A stretch of DNA of 64,000 bases from an uncultured delta proteobacterium (GCA_963804165.1 CAWDPO010000006.1:96001-160000), one strand, 5' to 3'; shown: positions 51,365-62,644, counted from the first letter of the stretch. Numbers and translations are program-made. Notes: generated by a model from the letters alone, not told the origin.

Positions 51365-54046
51365 ATGAAATCAGCATGGCGCAGATCGGTACCGATCGTG
51401 GCGCTGGTGGCGGTTTATTTTTGCGCCGGCAAGCTCGGACTGTCTTGGGCGCATGTGCATGCCAGCGCCTCTGCGGTTTGGCCGGCCAGCGGTATCGCGT
51501 TGGCGGCGCTTCTCCTCTGGGGGCGGCAACTCTGGCCCGGCATTTTCCTCGGTGCCTTCCTGGTAAACATCACGACGCAAGGCACGGTGGCAACGACTCT
51601 CGGTATCGCAACCGGTAATACACTGGAGGCGCTCTTGGCGGCATGGGCGATCAACCGCTACGCCAATGGCGCCAAAGCCTTTGAGCGTGCCCGAAATATT
51701 TTCCGTTTTGTCGTGCTGGCGCCGATTCTGAGCACAGCCGTCGCTGCGACGTTTGGAATCACGAGTTTAACTTTGGCCGGCCTTGCTCAATGGGACCAAT
51801 TCGGTGCTATTTGGCTGACCTGGTGGCTCGGTGACGCGGTCGGCGATTTGATTTTTGCGCCGTTCGTAGTGATCTGGATGACGCAACCTTATCCTCAATG
51901 CAAGCCGCAGCGAGTCGTCGAGGCCGCAGGTTTGCTAATATCGCTGATCTTGATTGGCTATTTCATTTTTCTCAAAGGCGATACTTCCAGCCCGGAATAC
52001 ATCGTGATGCTGCCGCTGTTGTGGGCGGCTTTCCGATTCGGCCAACGGGGCGCCGTCACTTCGGCGTTGATCATGTCCGGCATCGCGTTAGCAGGCACGC
52101 TATATGGCGTCGGTCCCAACGCCGATGCCGATCCCAATGAATCTTTGCTGCGCCTCCAGGCCTTCATGGGCACCGTCGCCATTGCCGCCGTGGTGCTGGC
52201 CGCCGTGATCTCTGAGGCCAAACGAGCCGAACAGCGCCTCGAGGTTCAAGGCTCGATAAGTCGCATCTTGGCTGAGTCTTCTGGGATCAAAGAGGCGGCG
52301 CCGCAAATCGTCCGGGTGCTCTGCGAACACGCCGGCTGGGATCTAGGGGCCGTATGGGTCATGGATCGAGCTACCGCGGAGTTGCAATATGTTGATGTGT
52401 GGCACACGCCGGCCGCGCCGGCGCCGCAGTTCGAGACCGTCACGAAACAAGGCAAGCTTATTCACAGGGCTGGTTTGCCGGGGCGAATAGTGAACGCTGG
52501 CATGCCGGTTTGGATCGCCGACGTGACGAATGACATCAATTTCCGGCGTGCAACAATCGCTAAACGAGAGGGGTTGCATGGTGCCTTCGGTTTCCCGATC
52601 AAGCTCGGAGACAAAATTTTGGGTGTCGTCGAATGCTTTAGTCGGGAAGTGCGGGAACCGGACGGTCAATTCCTCGAAATGGTCGGCGCTATCGGCGACC
52701 AACTCGGCCGGTTTATCGAGCACACGCGCGCACAAGACGATCTGCGTGAAGCAAAGGACGAATTAGTCAGATCCAATGCCGAGCTAGAAAGGGGAGTCCA
52801 GGAGCGCACTGCGGATCTTGCGCAAGCAAACGCCGCGTTGCTCAGAACCATCGCGGAACAAAAAATACTCGAAGAACAGCTGCGCCAAGCGCAAAAGATG
52901 GAAAGTATCGGCACGCTCGCCGGCGGCATTGCCCACGATTTCAATAATATTCTTAACATCATTCGAGGCTACGCCATGCTCATCGGCCAGCAAACTTTGC
53001 GCACGCAGGAGATCCAAAAAAGCTTGAAAGTCATCAATAATGAAATCGACCGCGGCGCATCCGTGGTGCGCCAGCTGCTCACCGTGGCGAGAAAAACGGA
53101 AACGCATCTCGCGTCCACCAATGCCAACGACATCGTTTTGACGCTCAACGAACTGATCCAAACCTTTCCCAAGACCATCACCGTCGCGCTGAATCTTGAT
53201 ACCCGCCCGATAGGGGTTTTGGCGGATCGAAATCAGCTGAACCAAGCGCTCCTCAATATCTGTGTGAATGCCCGCGATGCCATGCCAGCGGGTGGCAAAC
53301 TCACGATCACAACGGAAAAAGTCGACGCCCATCAACTGCGCGACCGCCGCGTTGACATCCACGCGGACGCCTGGGCGTGCATCGTCATCAGCGATACCGG
53401 GATAGGCATGGAAGAAGAAGTGCGCACACGCATGTTTGAACCGTTCTTCACGACCAAAGGAGTAGGTGAAGGATCCGGACTGGGCCTCGCGATGGTTTAC
53501 GGGATCGTGAAAGAGCACAACGGTTTCATCGCTGTGGAAAGCGAGCCGGGGCGCGGCACCACGTTTCGGCTTTATTTGCCGATGCTTCAGTCAGAAGAAA
53601 AACCAGCTGTCGACGAGACGACGAGAGAAGACCCCTCGGATCGAAAACAGTCGAATCGTCTAAGAACGGTTCTCGTAGTGGAAGACGAAGAACCGCTGGT
53701 TCACCTTTTGAAGAAGCTCTTGCCACAAGCAGGCTATCGAGTCTTGGCCGCCATGGACGGTGAAGAAGCGCTCGAAGTCTACAACCTTCACAAGGCCGAG
53801 ATCGACATCGTGTTGCTCGATCTTGGCTTGCCCACAGTGACCGGGATGGACGTAATCCCTAAACTGAAGGAGCAAAACCCGGCAGTGAATATCGTGATAG
53901 CAACCGGTTATCTAGAGCCGGAATTGAAGGCGGAACTTTTTCGCGCCGGCGTAAAGGATTGCATTTACAAACCGTATTATGTCAACGAGGTATTAGAAAA
54001 ACTCACTACCGTAATCGAAAACCCCGGAAATTCAGCCGGCGCATGA
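51365..54046 (+). CDS. Hybrid sensor histidine kinase (MASE1-GAF-HisKA-HATPase-REC)
   Basis: VWPASGIA and WWLGD (MASE1); GLPGR..FGFPI (GAF); [12 protein letters not shown]; NARDAM, DTGIGM, FFTTKG.GSGLGL; VVEDE..LLDLGLP..KP. Confidence 0.93.
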   Translation: MKSAWRRSVPIVALVAVYFCAGKLGLSWAHVHASASAVWPASGIALAALLLWGRQLWPGIFLGAFLVNITTQGTVATTLGIATGNTLEALLAAWAINRYANGAKAFERARNIFRFVVLAPILSTAVAATFGITSLTLAGLAQWDQFGAIWLTWWLGDAVGDLIFAPFVVIWMTQPYPQCKPQRVVEAAGLLISLILIGYFIFLKGDTSSPEYIVMLPLLWAAFRFGQRGAVTSALIMSGIALAGTLYGVGPNADADPNESLLRLQAFMGTVAIAAVVLAAVISEAKRAEQRLEVQGSISRILAESSGIKEAAPQIVRVLCEHAGWDLGAVWVMDRATAELQYVDVWHTPAAPAPQFETVTKQGKLIHRAGLPGRIVNAGMPVWIADVTNDINFRRATIAKREGLHGAFGFPIKLGDKILGVVECFSREVREPDGQFLEMVGAIGDQLGRFIEHTRAQDDLREAKDELVRSNAELERGVQERTADLAQANAALLRTIAEQKILEEQLRQAQKMESIGTLAGGIAHDFNNILNIIRGYAMLIGQQTLRTQEIQKSLKVINNEIDRGASVVRQLLTVARKTETHLASTNANDIVLTLNELIQTFPKTITVALNLDTRPIGVLADRNQLNQALLNICVNARDAMPAGGKLTITTEKVDAHQLRDRRVDIHADAWACIVISDTGIGMEEEVRTRMFEPFFTTKGVGEGSGLGLAMVYGIVKEHNGFIAVESEPGRGTTFRLYLPMLQSEEKPAVDETTREDPSDRKQSNRLRTVLVVEDEEPLVHLLKKLLPQAGYRVLAAMDGEEALEVYNLHKAEIDIVLLDLGLPTVTGMDVIPKLKEQNPAVNIVIATGYLEPELKAELFRAGVKDCIYKPYYVNEVLEKLTTVIENPGNSAGA

Positions 54047-54086
54047 GAAATCGGCGTCGGTCATCCCCTCTTTTCTAAACAATCGC

Positions 54087-54292
54087 TCACAAGCGGCGCA
54101 CAAACCCGCTTCCGCTTTCATCCAACTCGCGGACGAGGCGTGCGTCGAGAAGATCTTCCGGCTTCGCGTCACGCGCTTTGGCTTGGGTTTTTTCCAGAGT
54201 CTTCAGCAGCACCGCAACGCCTTCGACACTCGGGGATGGCGGGATCTCGAGATGCAGTGTGACGCGCTCATAGGCGTCGTCGAGCATCTCGC
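54087..54292 (-). pseudogene. Duplicated 3' end of the SBP gene 55707..56702
   Basis: 54153-54292 is identical (140 bp) to 55767-55906; the last ~65 bp are diverged (LDESGSGFVRRL vs LDKSGFIDRL). Confidence 0.9.
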
Positions 54293-54569
54293 AGTCGTTG
54301 CAGAGAGTTTAAGAGTTCAATGGATCAGAACCAATCAAATCATGCCAGCCCTGCAAATCATCAAAACCGATCACAGTGTCCCATTGTTCAAATGCGCAAT
54401 GGGCAGCACGGGCAACGGCAATTCACTCGCCCTCGGCTCTTTTGCTTGACGCCCTTCCCAACGCTGCTCTATGGTACAGCGCGCTGATACCGTGGCGAGT
54501 TCCGGATATAAGTAAAGATTTCGGGACCGGGTCATGAAAACCGAAAACCCGGCCTGTGAGAGGTGTGTA

Positions 54570-55526
54570 ATGAAAATCGCTTCAATCGCGTGCTTCATCA
54601 TTTTTCTTCTCTGCTCGTCATCTCATGCGGCGGATAAGCTACGCTTCGGCTTTCCGGATCTCGCGGCGCAATTCATTCCGCTGCCGCTGGCGGAGCAGCG
54701 AGGGTTCTTCAAGGAAGAAGGGCTGCAAGGGGAATTTATTCGGATCAGGCCCGCGGTTTCGCCGGCGGCGATGGTCAGCGGCGAGATCGATTACGATGCA
54801 GTTATCGGCAACGGCATCGGCGCGGCGATCCGGGGACTGCCGGTGAAGGTCGTGGCCTGTTTCCTGCCGGCTACGCCCATCGCGCTCATCGTCCGGCCCG
54901 AGTTCAAATCGGTCCAAGAGCTCAAGGGCAAGGCCATCGGACTCAACACCTTCGGCGGCACGCTGGAATCGATTGCACGCTTGATCGTCAAGCATTTTGG
55001 TCTCGACCCGGACAAGGACGTGAAGTTTCTTGCCACCGGCACGGCCGATTCGCGCTTTGCCGCGATGAAGCAAGGCTTAACAGCCGCGACTTTGGGTTCT
55101 GCCCCGTTGGATTTTCTCGGCAGCAAGTTGGGCTTCGTCGTTCTTGCCCGAGCCAACGAGCTGTTCAGTTTTCCCGCCAGCGGCCTGGTCGCGAGCGTGA
55201 AGAGTATCAAAGAACGGCCCGATGAGATCAAGCGAGTGATCAAAGCCGGTATCAAAGCGAACCGTTACATCCATCAGAACCGCGAGGGAACGATGCAGAT
55301 GATGATGTCATGGCTGAAAATCGACAAAGAGATCGCCGGCGCTACCTATCAAAGCGTCGCAAAGGCTTTCAATGACGATGGCGGGCTAACCGAAAAAGGA
55401 CTCCGCGTCGCAATCGACGAAGCAAAACGGGTTGGCAAGGTGGACCGCGAAGTTTCACTCAGCGAAGTCGCGGATCTCTCGATTCTTAGACAGGCGCAAA
55501 ATGAGCTTGGCATTGGCGAGCGATAA
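54570..55526 (+). CDS. ABC transporter substrate-binding protein, NMT1/THI5-like
   Basis: GAGG RBS; signal peptide; RGFFKEEGL, ELKGKAIG, ADLSILRQAQNELG. Confidence 0.88.
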   Translation: MKIASIACFIIFLLCSSSHAADKLRFGFPDLAAQFIPLPLAEQRGFFKEEGLQGEFIRIRPAVSPAAMVSGEIDYDAVIGNGIGAAIRGLPVKVVACFLPATPIALIVRPEFKSVQELKGKAIGLNTFGGTLESIARLIVKHFGLDPDKDVKFLATGTADSRFAAMKQGLTAATLGSAPLDFLGSKLGFVVLARANELFSFPASGLVASVKSIKERPDEIKRVIKAGIKANRYIHQNREGTMQMMMSWLKIDKEIAGATYQSVAKAFNDDGGLTEKGLRVAIDEAKRVGKVDREVSLSEVADLSILRQAQNELGIGER

Positions 55527-55706
55527 TCTCACGGCGGATGCGTGAGAAAGGCTGAAGTGAATTGTCAAAAGTAACGCGAACAGAAGCGCAATCGTGAGGG
55601 GCGAGAGACAGTAGAAAGCTTGCCGATGCGACCGAACACAAACTGACGATATCCCATAACTTAAAACTTCTGGTGCACGGATAACCGCGACTTGCCGAAG
55701 CACCGT

Positions 55707-56702
55707 CTACAATCGATCGATAAAGCCGCTCTTGTCGAGCTCGCGCACCAGGCGCGCGTCGAGGAAATCTTCCGGCTTCGCGTCACGCGCTTTGGCTTGG
55801 GTTTTTTCCAGAGTCTTCAGCAGCACCGCAACGCCTTCGACACTCGGGGATGGCGGGATCTCGAGATGCAGTGTGACGCGCTCATAGGCGTCGTCGAGCA
55901 TCTCGCGGTCATTGGTGCCGAGATATTTGGCCATAACGCGAGTCGCGAATGTCTTATCCCTCTTAGCGAGCGCGGCGCCTTCGATGTAGGCGCGCAGGAA
56001 ACGGCGCACCGTGTCCTCGTTTGTTTTAAGATATTTTCGCGTCGTCACCACGCCGTTTTGGTGGATCGTCGCCTCGAGCTTCGCCATATCGAGAAGCTCG
56101 CGCATGTTCGCTTTTCTGGCACGCATCGTGGCCGGCACGGACAGCGCGGCGGCCTGAACTTTTCCGGTGAGAAGCGCGAGGACGGTTTCGGGTTGGCCGC
56201 CGGTCTGAACCATCGTGATGTCCCGTTCGGGATTGAGCCCATTTTTTTCCAGGGCAAAACGCGATGCGAAATCGGAGAGCGTGCCGAAGCGCGTGGCGCC
56301 AAAGAGCTTACCTTTCAAATCGGCGATCCGGGTAATTTCCGGCCGGCTGAAAATGGAAAACAAAAACTTTTTGAGAATCGTCGCCACGATCACCGTATCG
56401 GCGCCGGCAAAATTGGCCTGCATCGACGCCGTGCCGCCGAGCTGAATGATCGGCACCTCACCGGAGAGCATCGCCTGGAGTGCCAGCGAGCTTCCTGGAA
56501 TCGAGATCGCCTCGATGGCAAGCCCATGCTTTTCGTAAAGGTTCGCTTCCTTGGCAAACCACATCGCCATCTGCGGCGCGCCCACCGAGCCGCCACCGAC
56601 GCGAATTCTTTCCAACTTCTTGTCTTGAGCGGCGCACGGCGAAGACAAAGCTGTTATCAAAGTGACCAACGTGATGACGTAGAGCGCTTGCTTCATGAGC
56701 AC
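55707..56702 (-). CDS. ABC transporter substrate-binding protein, NMT1/THI5-like
   Basis: Signal peptide; WFAKEANLYEKHGL, DLKGKLFGATRFGT, RELDKSGFID. Confidence 0.88.
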   Translation of the reverse strand: MLMKQALYVITLVTLITALSSPCAAQDKKLERIRVGGGSVGAPQMAMWFAKEANLYEKHGLAIEAISIPGSSLALQAMLSGEVPIIQLGGTASMQANFAGADTVIVATILKKFLFSIFSRPEITRIADLKGKLFGATRFGTLSDFASRFALEKNGLNPERDITMVQTGGQPETVLALLTGKVQAAALSVPATMRARKANMRELLDMAKLEATIHQNGVVTTRKYLKTNEDTVRRFLRAYIEGAALAKRDKTFATRVMAKYLGTNDREMLDDAYERVTLHLEIPPSPSVEGVAVLLKTLEKTQAKARDAKPEDFLDARLVRELDKSGFIDRL

Positions 56703-56936
56703 CTCTGATTTTGCTTCATTCAGTTCAATTCGTTCGGGCCGTTCAGATCGGTCACGGAGTGGGAGCGACCGTCCAAGGTTAAATAGGCCAGAACGTTCTA
56801 TGGATCAAGCGGAGAATTGTTATAGCGTTCAATCGTCACGCGAATGTGGCCGGGGAGGATTTCTTGGACTTTCATCGGATGCACGGCCGGCCGCCGGCGC
56901 AGACTGACGCGCGGCATTGTGATATACCAAGCAGCT

Positions 56937-58149
56937 ATGGACAAGGATCATTTTGCCGATCTGGCCGCCTGGATCACCGCGGCGGGTCTGGAAGGTCAGA
57001 CCGAGACGGCGACGCTAACCGGTTTTTGTGAGCGCGCCTCGACGCTCGGTCTGCCGCTCGCGCGTGGCAATGTCGTCATCGACACGCTGCATCCTATCTA
57101 CGAAGGCCGCGCCTTCACGTGGAAGCGGGATCAACAGGAAACGGTGCTCACCGAGTTTGGTCGCAGCGATGAGGATTCGGGCCGCTGGGAACATAGCCCG
57201 TATTATAGTCTCGAGATCTCCGGCGAGTCGCTTCTAAGACGACGATTGACGGCGGACAGCGACGCCGAATTTCCCATCCTCGCCGATCTGCGCGCGGCAG
57301 GTATGACGGACTACATGGCGATGACGAATCGGTTCGCCGCCGAAGAGATCATAGGCGGCATGGATTGTGTCTATTCGTCGTGGGCTACGGATGCTTCCGG
57401 AGGCTTCCGAGACACCGACGTCGCCAATCTATCGCGACTGGTGCCCTTGGTCGCGCTCACGCTCAAATCCGCGTCGCTGACGCGCATCGCGGGTACTTTG
57501 GTCGAGACCTATCTCGGCCGCGATGCCGGTCGAAAAGTCTTGGGCGGCCACATTGCGCGCGGCGTTCGCGGATCGGATCGACGCCGTTCTGTGGTTTAGT
57601 GACTTACGCAACTACACGCGGATCAGCGATACCGCGGCACCCGAACAGATTATCCCGCTGCTCAATGAATACGCCGACGCGATTCTCTCAGCGATCCATG
57701 AATCCGGCGGCGACGTCCTGAAACTGATGGGTGACGGGACACTCGCCATCTTCACGGCGGACGATCGCGCCCGCGCCTGCCATGCGGCCCTTGCCGCCGC
57801 TGCCGAGGCGCGCCGCGCCGTCGCCGTGGTCAATCATCGACGCGCCGCCGAGAGTTTACCCACCACCAATATGTACCTCGGTCTTCATGTCGGCGAAGTG
57901 TTTTACGGTAACATCGGCAGCCGTGAGCGACTCGATTTCACTGTGGTCGGCCCAGCGGTCAACGAAGTGAGCCGCATCGCCAGTCTGTGCCGCTCCGTCG
58001 ACCAGCCGCTGCTCATCTCTTCCGCGTTCGCGTCTGCGATCGGCGAACCGAAGGAACTGCTCGTCTCCGTCGGACGCTACGCGCTCCGCGGCGTCGGACG
58101 CGCCCAGGATTTATACACACTCGAACCCGAGCCCGACGTGCCGGATTGA
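56937..58149 (+). CDS. Adenylate/guanylate cyclase domain protein, frameshift at about 57565
   Basis: DTLHPIYEG..LVETYLGRDAG, then in the shifted frame AVLWFSDLRNYT, VLKLMGDG, GLHVGEVFYGNIG..LDFTVVGPAVNEVSR. There is one extra T in GGCGTTCGCG. Confidence 0.85.
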
Positions 58150-58185
58150 AGTAAACTCTGATACCAACGCGCCGACTCAAGCCGC

Positions 58186-58310
58186 CGGCTCAATGGCTGC
58201 CGCAGATCACATTCAGCACCGCTTGGCGCATATCTTCTTTGACGACTTTGAGCGCGCGTATAGCGCCGGCAAAACCTGCTGCGGGTCATCATCGTCTCGA
58301 AGTGACCGCC
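58186..58310 (-). pseudogene. Degenerate duplicate of the 3' end of the TPP-enzyme gene
   Basis: CGGCTCAATGGCTGCCGCAGATCACATTCAGCACCGCTTGGCGC.. matches 59406-59532 with substitutions and small deletions. Confidence 0.88.
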
Positions 58311-58320
58311 AAAGCAAGTT

Positions 58321-59265
58321 TCATGCAGCCGCTTTATGAACACGAATAATGAGCGGCATCGAAGCCGCAGGCAAAAATACTGAAGCGGCACCGCAGTTCA
58401 AACATTCGTCGCCTTGGCCAAGAAACCACAACATGGCTTCATGGCTATCGATTGAATTAACAGCGTCGCTGTCCGGGACCCAATATTTCTCATAGTTGGG
58501 GCTCAAACGGCGATATCGCAATCTGGTTGGTCCAAATCGAGCGACAAGACTGCGGACCATCCGGTTCGGCACTAATGTCATTATCCTAAACGGCGCTGAG
58601 GAGCGCACTGGAATACTTGCCTTGACGATTTTCCCAATCAAGTGGAAATCAGAATACGGCCTGACTTCGTAACCCTCGGCGGCCCAAGAATTACAATTCC
58701 ACGCCGGAAGCAGGAAAAGTACTCCATTGTCTCGCGTAACACGTCGAGCCTCATGAAACGCCTGCTCCGGATTAGGTACATGCTCGAATACCCAAATCGA
58801 CCAGACGCCGTCAAAACTATTATCTGGAAACGGCATCGCCGTGGCTGAGCCGAGGACGAATTTCTTATGGTAGAAGCGCGCTACGCTGGGAGAGATGTCC
58901 AGCCCGGTATAATTTTGCGCGACGTCCTGCAAATAGCCGCGCCCCGAGCCAATCTCCAAAACGGGTCTATCGCTTAGATTAAACCGCTTAACAAACTCCG
59001 CCACTTGCTCTTCAATGTGGGACTCTTTCGCCACGGCCTCCGCGACGCGAAGATAGGTTGTTTCATATTCGGAGCTTCCTTGGTTTTCGCCTTCCGGCTT
59101 GCGATATGCCTCGGTGTAGTATTTGCGCGCCGCCTCTACTTCCTGCTGGGTGAGAGGCGCATCCGCGTCATAGGGAAAATGAATGAAGCTAAGTACGACG
59201 ACTAGAATTAGCGTCCCAACACCGACGTGTTTCAGTGCTCTCAGATACTTCTTAACCTTTTCCAT
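58321..59265 (-). CDS. Class I SAM-dependent methyltransferase with N-terminal membrane anchor
   Basis: VLEIGSGRG, GLDIS, GSATAMPFPDNSFD, VFEHVPNP; visibly lower GC than its neighbours. Confidence 0.88.
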   Translation of the reverse strand: MEKVKKYLRALKHVGVGTLILVVVLSFIHFPYDADAPLTQQEVEAARKYYTEAYRKPEGENQGSSEYETTYLRVAEAVAKESHIEEQVAEFVKRFNLSDRPVLEIGSGRGYLQDVAQNYTGLDISPSVARFYHKKFVLGSATAMPFPDNSFDGVWSIWVFEHVPNPEQAFHEARRVTRDNGVLFLLPAWNCNSWAAEGYEVRPYSDFHLIGKIVKASIPVRSSAPFRIMTLVPNRMVRSLVARFGPTRLRYRRLSPNYEKYWVPDSDAVNSIDSHEAMLWFLGQGDECLNCGAASVFLPAASMPLIIRVHKAAA

Positions 59266-59409
59266 TAACTCTTACGCGAGGACATCAAATCGGAATTGAG
59301 GCGAATAAGGCTACGAACCTCATGCTTCGATAAGCGTTTCGTTACGCTCGATCGCCAGAGCTACTGAGCTCTCGACCACACGGCACTTGAACGACGACAG
59401 CGCGACGGC

Positions 59410-61131
59410 TCAATGGCTGCCGCAGATCACATTCAGCACCGCTTGGCGCTTCTCTTCTTTGACGACTTTGAGCGCGCGCTGTAGCGCCGGCAAAACCTGC
59501 TGCGGATCATCGACCATCTCGCCGTAACCGCCGTGCGCCGCGACGACCATTTCGTAGCGCGGCGACGGCGTGAGATTGCACAGCGGAAAATTGTCCGTAC
59601 TCACTGCCCACCCGTCCGGCATGACCTGCTGCGTCGCCGCCTTGGTCGAGTGCCAGATGGCGTTGTTGCAAACGATCGTGAGCATGGGGAGATCGTAGGC
59701 CTGAGAAACGAAATGACACGCGGTCGGATTATTGAACATATAAGTACCGTCGCCGACGCTAGCGATCACGGTTTTCTCGGGATGAGCGAGTTTCATACCC
59801 AAAGCGCCGCCGATGCCCCAGCCCAATCCACCGGCGGGCGAACCACCGAAATAAGTAGCCGGCTCGCTCAGGCTGAGCTGCTCTTGCGACACGCCGTGAT
59901 CGTTGACGATCAGCGTATCCGCGTCTCTGACTTGATCGACGCAGTAGGACAACCACGCGGTGTCGATCGGCCTTTGACTGCTCGCCTTTTCAGCCCTCTG
60001 TTTCGCCCGCTCACGATAGCGTTTGTGCTCCGCGCGAATTTTCTCCCCGCGCTCAGCTGACAACTTTTCGTTCCGCGGTTGGCTTCTCAATTCCTGTGCG
60101 AGCAGCTGCAGCGCCAATTTGGGATCGCCGCCGATGGAAATGTCCTTGGGAAAATTGCGGATCGGAATGCCGCTGTAATTCGGATCGCGAGCGATCTGGA
60201 TAACCTTGCAGTTCTCGGGCGGCTTGCCTTGGAATGGATACCACGGTACATCGCACTCGACCACCACCACGACGTCGGCATCTTTAATGTAGGGCGCGGA
60301 ACTGACGCCGAGATGAAAGTCATGCGTGTTGGGAAAACTCACGAACGGGCTCGCTGGCGTGACCACCGGCGCGGCCAACGCCTCGGCGAACGAAACCATC
60401 GCGCTCACCGCCGTGGGATCGGAGCCCAATCGGCCGGTGATAATCAATGGGCTCACCGCGCCGCGCAATATTTCCGCAGTGCGCTTGATCGTTTCGTCGC
60501 TCGGTCGCAAGCCTTCCTCTCGGTTCTTGCGAAACGGATGAATCGTGACCGATTCCATCTTTTGCGCCAGCACTTCGCGCGGCAGAGTCAAATAGACCGG
60601 ACCCTGCGGCGTGCCGAGGGCCATTTCCAGCGCTCTATCAACGACGGTCTCCACTTGATCACCATTGCGCAACTCGTAGTCCCAACGCGTGAACTCGCGC
60701 AACAAGCTGCCCTGATCGAAAGACTCTTGACCCCAATGGATGAAATTGCTGCGACTGCCCCTCATTCCCTCTTCCGTGAGCGGCGTCCTACCCGCGGAAA
60801 AAATCATCGGCACGTTGAGTCGCGACGCGTTCATCACCGCCGCCGAGGCATTCCCGGTACCCACGATCACATGAACCATGACGACCTGCGGCTCACCAGT
60901 GATCATGGCGTAGCCCTGCGCCATACTCACCGCGACGAACTCATGCGGCACCGTGATCGGCATCGGATGCATTTTTTTATCGGCAGCAAACTTCGCCAAC
61001 CCGTCGATGATCGGTCCAAAGTCGGTGCCGCTATTGCCGAAAAAATATTTGATCCCTCGTGCCCGAAGGATTTCCAAATACGCTTGCCCGACGGTCTCGA
61101 CTGGAATCGTTATTGTCTTGTTTGTGTCCAT
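59410..61131 (-). CDS. Thiamine-pyrophosphate-requiring enzyme (acetolactate synthase/decarboxylase-like)
   Basis: FFGNSGTD, PHEFVAVSMA, GPVYLTLP, GGLGWG, GDGTY..CNN (TPP motif). Confidence 0.92.
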   Translation of the reverse strand: MDTNKTITIPVETVGQAYLEILRARGIKYFFGNSGTDFGPIIDGLAKFAADKKMHPMPITVPHEFVAVSMAQGYAMITGEPQVVMVHVIVGTGNASAAVMNASRLNVPMIFSAGRTPLTEEGMRGSRSNFIHWGQESFDQGSLLREFTRWDYELRNGDQVETVVDRALEMALGTPQGPVYLTLPREVLAQKMESVTIHPFRKNREEGLRPSDETIKRTAEILRGAVSPLIITGRLGSDPTAVSAMVSFAEALAAPVVTPASPFVSFPNTHDFHLGVSSAPYIKDADVVVVVECDVPWYPFQGKPPENCKVIQIARDPNYSGIPIRNFPKDISIGGDPKLALQLLAQELRSQPRNEKLSAERGEKIRAEHKRYRERAKQRAEKASSQRPIDTAWLSYCVDQVRDADTLIVNDHGVSQEQLSLSEPATYFGGSPAGGLGWGIGGALGMKLAHPEKTVIASVGDGTYMFNNPTACHFVSQAYDLPMLTIVCNNAIWHSTKAATQQVMPDGWAVSTDNFPLCNLTPSPRYEMVVAAHGGYGEMVDDPQQVLPALQRALKVVKEEKRQAVLNVICGSH

Positions 61132-61467
61132 GACAATGCTCCTCTAATTGGGTTATGAAATAATCCCTATGCTAAAATCTGGGAAAAATCAGCTAGAAAC
61201 CGCACTCCGATATACTAGCCCACAGCAGCATGCTATCGCGAATCAATAACACAAAGGCCAATTTATCCCAAAGGCATCACCCCGCACGCTTGGGGTCCAG
61301 GTCCAGTTTCTATCTGCATTCCCGATAGAAGCATTCGGGAAGGAATGACACACTCTGAGAGGTCTTCTGTTGTTAGGCTGCGAAAAAAAATATAGCATTG
61401 CCCACTTTACTGAATTGTTGGTTGGAATAACGCAACGACTTAGTTAAGCAGCCGCGTGGCAGTGCTT

Positions 61468-62064
61468 ATGAAGAATCAAGGAGTCAGTCGACGACGTTTT
61501 CTGGCGCTTTGCGGGGGTGGGTTCGCGGGAATATGGCTCGCAGGCACAGGATTTGTACCCCTGCCATCCGAAATGGTGTTCGCCATGTCTGGATCGTGCT
61601 CCTTCTGCGGAAAGGAAGCGAAGGAAATTTTCGGTCTCGCCGGAATTACCCACCGGAACAGTCGAATCTGCAACGAATGCATTGAGTTGTGCTTCGACAT
61701 CGTTGCGGAGGGAGGGGGTATTCGGCCTCCCACTCACTCACACACCGAATCCGACGCCGCGAGCGCTGATGCAGCCCTGACCCACTCGCAGCTACTCGAC
61801 GACCTGCAGCGTCGCATAGAAACTGGCGAGCGTGGCGATCCGTTGGTTGAAGCCCTGGCAATCTTGCTGGCTGCACAAGAGGAGATCGTGAACAAACCGC
61901 CGATGCTCACACCTCCCGTTGAGGAACTTATCTGTTCCTTCTGTGACAGGCATCATGACAATGTCGCGAAACTGATCGCGGGCCCGACAGTTTACATTTG
62001 CGATGGCTGCGTCGGTGATGCAGGCGCACTGTTCAAACGTTACGGCTGGCGACCTGGAGCGTGA
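61468..62064 (+). CDS. Protein with two ClpX-type C4 zinc fingers and a Tat-like N-terminus
   Basis: SRRRFLAL plus a hydrophobic stretch; [15 protein letters not shown] and [20 protein letters not shown]. Confidence 0.75.
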   Translation: MKNQGVSRRRFLALCGGGFAGIWLAGTGFVPLPSEMVFAMSGSCSFCGKEAKEIFGLAGITHRNSRICNECIELCFDIVAEGGGIRPPTHSHTESDAASADAALTHSQLLDDLQRRIETGERGDPLVEALAILLAAQEEIVNKPPMLTPPVEELICSFCDRHHDNVAKLIAGPTVYICDGCVGDAGALFKRYGWRPGA

Positions 62065-62203
62065 TAGGGAATCAGTCTGCAGAACGCCGTTAACCAAGCG
62101 GCTTCAGGCGGGTTACCACCCGCGAACCTTATATACGGGGCATTGCCCAGTCTTACAAAATTGTTGGGATAAAGTAACCGACCCACCTAATCGTTATCCT
62201 CGA

Positions 62204-62644
62204 ATGGCTCGTCGACTGCGCAAAATTAAATGGTTCGTTGCCGATCTTGTCATGGAGATCAAGGTCGAGCGCGATGCTCGCAATGTTGTCCACGTCAACA
62301 CGGTCCTGGTTTGCGCGCGAGATCTTGAACAGGCATATAAGCGTTCCTTGAAACTCGGCAGGTCCCAGGCATGGAAACCTTATTCGAATCCTGCGGGACG
62401 CAAAGTCTCAACGCGTTTCGTCGGGCTGGGTTTCCTGGGTGACGTTTCGGGGCCGCTTGAGCACGGAGTAGAACTCGTGTACGCGGAGCACGTTGGAGTA
62501 GGAAAGGCCAAGTTAGCTCGAATGGTACGTAGTAAGAAGGATTTGCTCATGCCTCCGGAGAAAAGGAAGCACCGAAACACGCCGGACGACGCAAACGGAG
62601 ATGTTGCTCGTGATTATGAAAATTACCTTAAATCGTTCACGTGA
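62204..62644 (+). CDS. DUF4288-like protein
   Basis: KWFVADLVMEI..VLVCARDLEQAYKRSLKLG..Y.NPAGRKV..RFVGL..LEHGVEL. Confidence 0.65.
   Translation: MARRLRKIKWFVADLVMEIKVERDARNVVHVNTVLVCARDLEQAYKRSLKLGRSQAWKPYSNPAGRKVSTRFVGLGFLGDVSGPLEHGVELVYAEHVGVGKAKLARMVRSKKDLLMPPEKRKHRNTPDDANGDVARDYENYLKSFT

Noticed and set aside
54087-55906. 3'-end duplicates as DGR template/variable repeats
   Set aside because: No reverse transcriptase is in the window, and the differences include C/G third-position changes and indels rather than adenine-specific substitutions.
61420-61449. dif (XerCD) site
   Set aside because: It resembles dif only loosely; the spacing and the XerD arm (TTATGTTAAAT) do not fit.
62003-62203. 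Upstream extension of the DUF4288-like ORF
   Set aside because: It overlaps the previous gene and the att-like intergenic region; ATG 62204 fits the domain start.
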